Assembly (NCBI GenBank): GCA_051530055.1
Contig: CM121341.1
Coordinates: forward strand, 806,001 to 870,000
DNA: 64,000 nt
Direction of reading: 5' to 3'
Source of the DNA: Neoechinorhynchus agilis
Taxonomy: Eukaryota; Animalia; Acanthocephala
Shown here: positions 51,252 through 61,242 of the stretch, piece after piece
Layout of the letters: every line of letters begins with the position of its first letter
How positions within the stretch are numbered: the first letter of the stretch is position 1
Notes under the pieces: generated by a model
Database searches by the model: none
What the model was told of the DNA's origin: nothing
Seen by the model: the letters and a program-made list of their open reading frames with translations, nothing else
Position numbers and translations under genes: made by a program

Positions 51252-51686
51252 ATGTGTCTCGAATCTGGAATCAATGTGGTAATTCATATTGGTCAAGACT
51301 TTGATGAAATTGAGAAGATGACTAAATTTTATACGTCCAAGACAGGGTTATCCGAATTCGAAGATCCAGCTCATAAGTTCTTACTAGCTATACTCGTCGA
51401 CTTTAATTTTGGAGAAGCTAGCAAAAAAATCAGTGAATCGATCGAAGCAATAAAAGAAGATGAAAATCTGGTAAACAGACTGGACCAATTCATAGAGAAT
51501 GCGCGAAGGGTATTTCTTAACAGATACTTCTTGATATACGCAGTAGTTTTGATTGAAAGTGTAGCAAAAGAACTTCAAATGCCTGTTAAAGAAGTAACGA
51601 TATTGATTGAGGATCTCATGATACAGAACGAATTGCCTGGACAATTCAATGAAGATAAAACCAAAGTGTATACCTACATGAAGTGA
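51252..51686 (+). CDS. eIF3e-PCI-only paralog B1, 144 aa
   Basis: EDPAHKFLLAILVDFNFGEASKKI...DENLVNRLDQFIENARRVF; intronless, intact ORF. Confidence 0.8.
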   Translation: MCLESGINVVIHIGQDFDEIEKMTKFYTSKTGLSEFEDPAHKFLLAILVDFNFGEASKKISESIEAIKEDENLVNRLDQFIENARRVFLNRYFLIYAVVLIESVAKELQMPVKEVTILIEDLMIQNELPGQFNEDKTKVYTYMK

Positions 51687-52522
51687 TTGAATTTCAACGT
51701 GGTTCACAAGTTTTGAAAAGCTGGTGTTTGCTTTAATGTGCTAATAATTTAAAAAAACTAAAATAATTTGTAAAATAAAAAAATGTGTGCTTAATTTCTT
51801 ATTCTATGATTTGGGCATGGTGCTAAAAGGACAAATGAATTTAAAAATAAACGCACAATATTAAGAAATACCTATAATAAACCTTAAAGTATAAAGATGA
51901 CAAAATGCATTGCAGCCTATTAATTTAGTTTTCAAAAAATTTACGGCGTTGTTTTAAACTAAGGATTTTATCCGAAACGTCCTTCAATTCACCTTTTTAG
52001 TCATTACGAAAATGTTCTCTAGGATTATTATGATAAAATAAAATGGAAAGACATTGTATTAATCCTTGCAATGTCTTCGAAACACTTGATAATAGCAAAA
52101 AAGCTTTAGAAATGGCCATTTCTTGAATCACGATTTTTTCGACAACTTATTCGTATGTTGATGTTTAGGAGAAAAATACTTTTTTATTGATAGGTACCGA
52201 GCACAATCATGTGCCCGATTTTCCCACGATATAAATCACAGCTGGACGTAAAAATGCCGAGAAAAATCGTTTGAAGTATAAAAATCGATTTCTATTCAGT
52301 TAGCACGCCTGAGCGAATTCCCTTTGTTCTAATTCCCTTTTTTAATCGAAGTTAGTAAAAAGACGCATGCAATTAGCTTCCTGAACGCTGATTGGCTGAA
52401 GTGGTTGGACACGTGATAGCATAAGTTTACACTAAAAACGAATCGTTCCTTGAGCAGCATTTTGAACTGCAACTCGTTTTCACTTCAACAGCTAACAGTA
52501 CTTCTCAACAAAACTTGCAAAA

Positions 52523-52957
52523 ATGTGTCTCGAATCTGGAATCAATGTGGTAATTGATATTGGTACACACTTTGATGATATTGAGGAGATGACTAAATTT
52601 TATACGTCCAAGAGAGGGTTATTCATATTCAAAGATCCAGTTCATATGTTCTTATTAGCTTTACTCGTCGACTTTAATTTTGGAGAAGCTAGCAAAAAAA
52701 TCAGTGAATCGATCGAAGCAATAAAAGAAGATGAAAATCTGGTAAACAGACTGGACCAATTCATAGAGAATGCGCGAAGGGTATTTCTTAACAGATACTT
52801 CTTGATTTACGAAGTAGTTTTGATTAAAAGTGTAGCAAAAGAACTTCAAATGCCTGTTAAAGAAGTAACGATATTGATTGAGGATCTCATGATACAGAAC
52901 GAATTGCCTGGACAATTCAATGAAGATAAAACCAAAGTGTATACCTACATGAAGTGA
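52523..52957 (+). CDS. eIF3e-PCI-only paralog B2, 144 aa
   Basis: Tandem copy; 14 aa differences from B1. Confidence 0.8.
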   Translation: MCLESGINVVIDIGTHFDDIEEMTKFYTSKRGLFIFKDPVHMFLLALLVDFNFGEASKKISESIEAIKEDENLVNRLDQFIENARRVFLNRYFLIYEVVLIKSVAKELQMPVKEVTILIEDLMIQNELPGQFNEDKTKVYTYMK

Positions 52958-53794
52958 TTGAATTTCAACGTGGTTCACAAGTTTTGAAAAGCTGGTGTTT
53001 GCTTTAATGTGCTAATAATTTAAAAAAACTAATAATTTGTAAAATAAAAAAATGTGTGCTTAATTTCTTATTCTATGATTTGGGCATGGTGCTAAAAGGA
53101 CAAATGAATTTAAAAATAAACGCACAATATTAAGAAATACCTATAATAAACCTTAAAGTATAAAGATGACAAAATGCATTGCAGCCTATTAATTTAGTTT
53201 TTAAAAAATTTACGGCGTTGTTTTAAACTAAGGATTTTATCCGAAACGTCCTTCAATTCACCTTTTTAGTCATTACGAAAATGTTCTCTAGGATTATTAT
53301 GATAAAATAAAATGGAAAGACATTGTATTAAATCCTTGGAGTCTTCGAAACACTTGATAATAGCAAAAAAGCTTTAGAAATGGCCATTTCTTGAATCACG
53401 ATTTTTTCGACAACTTATTCGTATGTTGATGTTTAGGAGAAAAATACTTTTTTTATTGATAGGTACCGAGCACAATCATGTGCCCGATTTTCCCACGATA
53501 TAAATCACAGCTGGACGTAAAAATGCCGAGAAAAATCGTTTGAAGTATAAAAAAATCGATTTCGATTCAGTTAGCACGCCTGAGTGAATTCCCTTTGTTC
53601 TAATTCCGTTTTTTTAATCGAAGTTAGTAAAAAGACGCATGCAATTAGCTTCCTGAACGCTGATTGGCTGAAGTGGTTGGACACGTGATAGCATAAGTTT
53701 ACACTAAAAACGAATCGTTCCTTGAGCAGCATTTTGAACTGCAACTCGTTTTCACTTCAACAGCTAACAGTACTTCTCAACAAAACTTGCAAAA

Positions 53795-54232
53795 ATGTGT
53801 CTCGAATCTGGAATCAATGTGGTAATTCATATTGGTCAAGACTTTGATGAAATTGAGAAGATGACTAAATTTTATACGTCCAAGACAGGGTTATCCGAAT
53901 TCGAAGATCCAGCTCATAAGTTCTTACTAGCTATACTCGTCGACTTTAATTTTGGAGAAGCTAGCAAAAAAATCAGTGAATCGATCGAAGCAATAAAAGA
54001 AGATGAAAATCTGGTAAACAGACTGGACCAATTCATAGAGAATGCGCGAAGGGTATTTCTTAACAGATACTTCTTGATATACGCAGTAGTTTTGATTGAA
54101 AGTGTAGCAAAAGAACTTCAAATGCCTGTTGCAGAAGTAACGATATTGATTGAGGATCTCATGATAAAGGTGAACGAATTGCCTGGACAATTCAATGAAG
54201 ATAAAACCAAAGTGTATACCTACATGAAGTGA
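53795..54232 (+). CDS. eIF3e-PCI-only paralog B3, 145 aa
   Basis: Tandem copy; differs from B1 by K>A, Q>K and an in-frame 3-nt insertion. Confidence 0.8.
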   Translation: MCLESGINVVIHIGQDFDEIEKMTKFYTSKTGLSEFEDPAHKFLLAILVDFNFGEASKKISESIEAIKEDENLVNRLDQFIENARRVFLNRYFLIYAVVLIESVAKELQMPVAEVTILIEDLMIKVNELPGQFNEDKTKVYTYMK

Positions 54233-55264
54233 TTGAATTTCAACGTGGTTCACAAGTTTTGAAAAGCTGGTGTTTGCTTTAATGTGCTAATAATTTAAAA
54301 AAAACTAAAATAATTTGTAAAATAAAAAAATGTGTGCTTAATTTCTTATTCTATGATTTGGGCATGGTGCTAAAAGGACAAATGAATTTAAAAATAAACG
54401 CACAATATTAAGAAATACCTATAATAAACCTTAAAGTATAAAGATGACAAAATGCATTGCAGCCTATTAATTTAGTTTTCAAAAAATTTACGGCGTTGTT
54501 TTAAACTAAGGATTTTATCCGAAACGTCCTTCAATTCACCTTTTTAGTCATTACGAAAATGTTCTCCAGGATTATTATGATAAAATAAAATGGGGAAAGA
54601 AAAATTAATCATTTATGAAAGTGCCAAATCAAAACTCTAAAACAATTTCCATACTTTGAAAATTAAGTTTTAATTTTTTGACATTCGTCAAAATTCCCTT
54701 CAAACCAATAATTCAGGTGTCTTGTATTATTATTTTCGGGGGAAAAGAGATTTTCTTTTAATAGTTTTATCGCACTCCGGATTTAGCGCGGCAAAAGTAC
54801 CAAAATGAATTTATTTAGGGTTTATTTACAAAGCGGAAGTATCTAATACTTTCATCCTTGAGGTCTCAATGGTCAGGATTAATAATATTTGACGAAATTC
54901 GATGGCCGAAGCCATACTTTGACTGAAAAAGGAGAAATAAGAGTTTCGGAAATTACTGAGAAAAATTAGAAAAATCGCGAACCTCAGAACTTTTCTTATT
55001 TTGCGTTCATGAATATCCGCGATGCCTTACTAAATTCTGACAGCAAGTCTAAGACGCAAATAATACTTAAAAATTTTATAGGATAAATGTCTCAAATTTT
55101 TTACACGTGAACGCTTGCGACAAAATCGCAGTTCAAAAATTATAACGTTATTCCACTGTATCAATGCTTTAAAGTCAGCAAAATATTTAATTAGAAAGAA
55201 TTGTCAGGAGGGAATTTTTATATTAAAAGAGTTTGTCTCGACCAAATCTTACTAACATTCACGC

Positions 55265-55900
55265 CACTGCTCTGGATCACTCAACGAGCGCCCTTGCTGT
55301 GGCGGTCGAAAGGACGGATGCAGCGTTGCCTCTTTGCACAGCCAGACTAATGTTTTGTAGGAGGAATGCTCCTGCTCTCTGATCGCCAGTGATTCGTCTC
55401 AATCTCTTAGACAGTTGATTTGCCAGGTCCTGCGCCGGGGTACCAAACGACCTGGGCGTCTCGACGCCAAAGAGAACAAAATAATATTATCGACTCAGGT
55501 CGCTGTATTTCGTCCTTTTGCATTCCTAAGCGCGGTTACTGCTCACTCGGCTCTAGGACGTTGGACGCATTGACCAGTATTCAGGGCACGTCTAAGAATT
55601 GCGTTCACTTCGGCGTGCCTTGAGTAGCTTCCGCCTGATTCGCGGCAGGCGAGACTATGACGTCCCGGTGGTTCCACGGTCGCTCCGATGGGCAGCGATG
55701 GGATGGACACATCGGTAACCAAAAGTTTCAGGGGCACTGCAATCCTTATTGTTTCGCCGGAAAGATGGGTACCCACAAAAGCGATTGGGATAAGCGTTGA
55801 GCCAAGCACCCGATTCCCTTGTAGATACTCACCAAGCCATGAGAATCTGAAATTAAAGGGTTGTGAATTCTCGCTACCAGGAGTGAATCCCAAACTCATT
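55265..55900 (-). mobile_element. CRE-clade C-terminal region and tail
   Basis: GETIRIAV...GRHSLACRESGGSYSRHAEVNAILRRAL (CCHC region); SLAVQRGNAASV end. Confidence 0.8.
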
Positions 55901-56344
55901 ATTTGCCACCATTGACGGGTACCTACTCGCTATCTATTTGATCAATTTTATGACATCGCGATCGAATATTTTAGGGCATTGCTGGGTTTTGTTAGCCACT
56001 AAATTTTGTCCAATATCATACGAGCGCCAATCACTAAATCAAGCATTTGTGTGTCTATTTTAAAGGAGAAAATTAAGCTCGTGAACTGGACATGAGAAGT
56101 ACGCTTAAAATTGCGTAATGATCTAAAAAATTGAATTTAGAAATTTGGCCTTATACTCGATGGAAACTGAGAAATTCCTGACATCATTGAAGCTGAATTT
56201 CGGAGGATGCTTATGAGCGCCTGCTCTTGTTCGAAAAAAAAACTGCAAATTTATGCCCGTTGAAGTTTCGAACGCAATTCGATTTTCAAGCGTATCTTCA
56301 TTCTAATCGAAAGTACTAGCCTCCAATAATTACGCCATCGCCCA

Positions 56345-56505
56345 CCGATCTGGGTATGAGTTTGTACATCTCTCTTTATTCTCAGGCATTCCTCCTGAGG
56401 AGGCGAAACTCATCAGTAAGTTTCCTCTTCTCTTCATCAGTATTTCGTTTCCTTTGGTTATGATTCATCGGCAATAATGGAGTTAGATCTCTTTGACCCT
56501 AAAAG
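56345..56505 (-). mobile_element. SINE copy F
   Basis: Reverse complement reads ...CGAAATACTGATGAAG...GAGGAAACTTACTGATGAGTTTCGCCTCC...GAGATGTACAAACTCATA. Confidence 0.7.
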
Positions 56506-56534
56506 AGGGATTCAATGCTATCACTGCATTTTAG

Positions 56535-58085
56535 ATGTCTAAAACATCAGCGACACTTTCATTATGTTCGAATTTAAAAGATATAATCCAATCTCATTTT
56601 AAAGGGCCAATCTCAATCGCGTTTGCTTATGGCTCAAAAGTGTTCAAACAAGCGTCGACAAGTGCAAATTCTATGGTAGATATTGTTGTTGCCGTGCCGG
56701 ACGCGCAACAGTTTCATAAGACTCAAATCTCGGCTCGCCCAAATGACTATTCATTTGCAGGAAGGTACATTATGAACACTGAACGTTTGAGCAAGCGTAT
56801 TCAATCATCAGGTGGAGGAATGTATTATGTTCCTTTTGTTCGCTCCGTTCATGGTTTCGAGTTCAAGTATGGTATAATTGAGCAAAGTGAACTAGTCGAT
56901 GACTTATGTAATTGGTCCAATCTTTACGTCGCTGGTCGCCTTCAGAAACCCGTACTATTCTGCAAACTTCCAAATAAATCCGTGGAACTTGACATTTTGA
57001 GAAATGCTCTTCAATGGAACCTAAAAAACGCTCTTAATCTTGCCATTTTATTGCATCCACCTAATAAGCCGATTCTCTTAACTCGTTTATTCGAGACGAT
57101 TTGCTCAATATCATACGTAGGAGATTGTAGAATGATGCTGGCTGAAAAGAGGAACAAGGTGGCAAATATAGTTCAGGGAGCGATTGAACATTTTATCAGA
57201 TTGTAGATCATCGGGTCATGGGGATCGATTGAGAAAATCAAGCCATATTTTTTGTTATGTGACTAGGAATTTTTTTGACATTTTAGAGCTTAGAATGTTG
57301 TGCCAATAAAGTTCGTTCAAAACAGACATTTTTGAGAACACGCTTGTTTTTCAGGAAAAACTGAGCCATTTATTTTTGAAACAAGACAGTTACATTAATA
57401 AATTATTCATTTATAATTTCACCATTGTTTTCTTTGCAGAGAGTCAAAATGCAGCCGAAAAAAAGTAAATTCTTGGCTTCGAAAATTCCAATCCGACATA
57501 GGGATATTCTACTTCGAATCTATCACACTAATTTAAATAGGAAATGGTGACTCGTTTTCGTTACAAAAATTTAATGGCATTCGAACAAGATAATACTTCC
57601 TTACGATTTTATCACATATAGAACCAAAAGTTCGAGAGGATTTTAAATAAAAATTTAGATGACCACTTTAATTTGGTGAAAACTTACGTCAACTGTCGAA
57701 AGTCCGTTAGTCTGAATAATAATCGGTGACCCGTTTTCTTTACGGACCATTGCTGACGGACATGGGATTGGTTGACGATAAAGAAGCAATTCGGCCATTG
57801 GACACAATAATAATCAGCAGTCGTCTCGATAAATTGTATGCGAATATAAAAAGTATTCCTCAGAATTCATTCAATGCATTGTTGCCTAAAGAGTCATTGT
57901 CTGTTCGACAAGATGCTCTTTTAACTATGCCGTGGTCGGATCGATGCGAAGTGATTGATCGGTCTATAAGGCGAATAAATAGACGAGTCAGTATGGTTCA
58001 GGTGACGAAAGGTTTATTAAGTGCAGGACCTGTTAAAAGCTTAAAGTACGTCTCGGCTAAAATATATAAAAGATTTGCGGGATAA
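56535..58085 (+). CDS. TAMM41: Mitochondrial phosphatidate cytidylyltransferase TAM41, split into two intact coding halves by a 537-bp insert
   Basis: FAYGSKVFKQ, MVDIVVAV, FKYGII, DDLCNWSNLYVAGRLQKPV, ISYVGDCR; second half ends VKGLLSAGPVKSLKYVSAKIYK. Expected junction is HFIRL/YGPLL. Confidence 0.92.
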
Positions 58086-58399
58086 AATGGCAAAATATGG
58101 TTTGTTTTGTAATTTGTGATTGACTATTAAAGCCGCTAAGCTAACAAATATTGAAGGGAAATATTTCGGTTGGACGTGAGGATTGATAAAAAACAGAATA
58201 AGATGTTTCGAGTGTGGCGATGTTCTTCCCCCGGATTGTTGTTGATCATTTATTTGAAATATTTCGTAAGCTTTTTGCTTCTTCAGTTATATTGTTTGTA
58301 AGTAATAAACGCTACCGATGAAGCAAAAAGCTTATGAAATATTTTAAATAAATGATCAACACCAGCAACAATCCAGGGGAAAAACATCGCCAAACTCGA

Positions 58400-58592
58400 A
58401 TATAAATCACCCCGACGACGGCGGTGAAATTTTTGAAAGAATTTATTGATTTCAATTGTTTTTGGCGCACAATTTTGTATGCGTTTATCAAGGTTGTAAA
58501 TAAATCTAATCGGCTAACCTGGATAAACGAGTATAAGATTGTGCCGCCTAAAACAATTGAAATCAATAAATTCTTTTAATTTTTCCGCCATA
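58400..58592. repeat. Inverted-repeat (MITE-like) element
   Basis: GGCGGTGAAA...AATTTATTGATTTCAATTGTTTT pairs with AAAACAATTGAAATCAATAAATT...TTTTTCCGCC; a degenerate related copy lies at about 58920-59090. Confidence 0.7.
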
Positions 58593-59611
58593 AACAATTC
58601 AATCAGACTTAAATGTATAAAAAATGCTTTACTTTTAACTTCCATTTCCTCGCAATAACAAAAGATGAGACATGAAACGAAACGTTTTTTTCCAAAACTT
58701 CTCTGAACGCCAAGAAAGCGAATAAATCGCATTTTGTTCCAAGAAAGGTTAAATTCAAGGTGACATTCTATTGGACAAAGCTTGAAATCCGCGACCTGTC
58801 CTAGCCACGTTTCAATTTAACCAAATTATCGATGAGTATTGGACCAATAAAATGCGAGTATTCTTTCGTTCCAGAGGTGTTCTTAAGCGCATAACTCATT
58901 TGTTCACTCTGATTTCGGTTGTTTTATGGCGTAGAGAAATTAAAATGATTTTATTTTAAAATCCGAGCGAGTACGCGTTTATCAAGGTTGTAAATTGTTT
59001 CGATATAAGAAAGTTAAGAAGCGGTTTTTCGTAGAGTTCGTTTTTCGCTAAAGATTGTGCTTAAAATTATTTTAATTTCTCCGCCAGAAAACAACTAATG
59101 TGAACACAATTCAATCTTCAAACACTTTGATTTTGTTCAATGCTGTCAAATATCGTTGAAGATCTTTAAGCTCCAAATGCCAGTGTACGACATGGGGCAT
59201 GTTTCTTAATCTTATAAAGTCATCTAATAAAAAATAAAACTTCAAAAAAAGTTAGATGTTTCACTTTAATGCCGATGAGCAACAGAGGAGCTACTTCCAG
59301 TTCCTCACAAGCCCTACTGCAAACAATAACCCTCTAACTTTCCCACCCGAATGTACATTTTCACCCAACCTCACCAAATCCGCGTTCCATAGTTTAAATC
59401 CGATATTGCTTATCGCTCAAATAACGATTACCTCATCTTCATCAAAATCAATGTAAAAAGAGGACTCAAAGGTACATGGGTTCAATTCTTGTTATCTAAC
59501 AAACAAATAAACGTGTAATTATGGTTCCGATCTTTTTTGACTGTAATTTAGAAGAGTTTTAAACAAAGTTTCGAGCAAAGCCTGAAATCTCGTATTGCAT
59601 CGTTTCAGACA

Positions 59612-59901
59612 ATGCCAGTGAGGACGGTTCGAACTGGTCAAACAGAAGTGTCTTGCTTCGATCGAATGAAGCTTGGATTCGGAATGGGGATGATCGTTGG
59701 TCTGAGTGCCGGTGTGTTAATCGGCGGATTTTCGTGTATAAGGTTCTATTCCATTTTCTAATGCAAAGACCTCAGATCGTTTTCCATTACAGAGCCGGTC
59801 TAAGAGGCCGTGAACTACTTTCGACAATGGCAAAAACCACATTTTCGTACGGTGGATCTTTCGGAACGTTTATGGCTGTCGGAACTGGTATCCGGTGCTG
59901 A
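59612..59901 (+). CDS. ROMO1: Reactive oxygen species modulator 1 (Mgr2 homolog), 79 aa, two exons
   Basis: Exons 59612-59742 and 59793-59901 (50-nt GT-AG intron) give [79 protein letters not shown]. Confidence 0.96.
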
Positions 59902-61242
59902 TGAGTGTTCGAAAATAAATAAATTGACACATTGAAATTAGTTTCATAGAGGCTTCTTACATGGCAATATGTGCGGTACGTTCATTGAGTCATTTTTAAG
60001 TTTAATAGAAACGCAAACGATGAGAAACACAGGGAAAAGATAGTTTTTGCAGTCTCGTCAAAAATGCATAGAGGGTTAGCGTCTTGAAAAAAATAATACT
60101 TAAATTCTTCTAAGATTTTCGGTTAACGCTCTTAAATAACAAATTAAAATCAATCATTTGCGTGTAAGTTGTCTTTCTTTACTTTCTTATCTATGTATTT
60201 TTGCAAATTAATTTTCATATCAATTCTCCGATTCTACAGATTTTAATCTGGAAAGGGAATTGCTTTGTTTAATTTAACATATTTCTCGGGTTCTTAAAAT
60301 AGCAAACCTTTATGACGTCGGCTTCAAAGCCGAAAAAAACAATTTACATAATATAACTGGAATTTCTAAAGGTTTTTAGACATGATTTTCAACATCAATA
60401 TTTTGGCCACAGACTCACTGCGCTTATCTTTCGATCGGAAATTGCGCGCCTCAGAAAATTCGTCTGAAATACATTCAACTGTACGATCTAATTGAAAGCT
60501 CGTAATTGATTGTGTAAATTTGTACAAAATTTATATTTGTCAGACTCGAGTCCGAGTTCAGGAGATGTTTGTTTGAAATTGTTCGCTTTTACTCGTCCCT
60601 CAACCTCTTACATTCTATTTATTGCTTAGTATAATCAATCCGTTGTGTTTGCAATGTGTAAATTAATCGATTTCCATTGTTTCAATCGGGTCACACAATT
60701 TGTAATTCTCTCAAAATGTCAATAATATTCGATAAAATATAATGTTAAATGCAAGCAATATAGGCAAGGAGCGGGACTGACGTTTATTATATGAAAATAA
60801 TTGAATTAAGGACAAAATACAATCGATACATTCTAATTGCCATGATTCCTTTTAAAGGTGTTTCGAAACATCAACTTTAAACTCGTTCGGGGTTAACGCT
60901 ACGTTATTCTAAATGTCTACCAATTAATACACTCATTCATAGTTCAATATCAGGGTCACGTCCGTGAGACAGACGCCTCTACCGTCTTCCTCATGACTTG
61001 GTTGCGCCATTTTTTTCTCGCTTTTTAAACGCACTTTGAGAGGAACCCTTACGTTTAGTAGGATCATATGCAAAAAAGAAGAAACGCCCAGCTCACCTTT
61101 TGGCTGACAAGCCCGACCTTTTCATGGACATGAAAAGACAAGGGAACTGATTGTTGTACATAAAGTAGAAGCGAGGTCTTCGCTCGCTGTTCTTGTGCAA
61201 GAGGATACTCGTCTCGAATAAAAGCATTTCTCTCGATCTTAG

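Larger units (their letters stand above)
50780..54600 (+). repeat. Three tandem ~1270-bp units (divergent promoter plus gene B)
   Basis: Unit start GACATTGTATTAA at about 50780, 52050 and 53319. Confidence 0.97.

Noticed and set aside
51384-51707. Antisense ORFs of 105-108 aa overlapping each PCI gene B
   Set aside because: Shadow frames of the PCI genes; no motif and a Phe/Ile bias expected from reverse-complemented Glu/Lys/Asn codons.
57441-57465. Possible 25-nt mini-exon (…tttgcag|…|gtaaat) inside the TAM41 insert
   Set aside because: Including it still leaves no in-phase AG acceptor for the second coding half, and it would add residues absent from recalled TAM41 sequences.
59895-59930. 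CTGATGAGTGTTCGAAA looks like a minimal hammerhead core
   Set aside because: CTGATGA is the last codon and stop of ROMO1 (TGC TGA TGA); there is no valid NUH triplet with stem III pairing.
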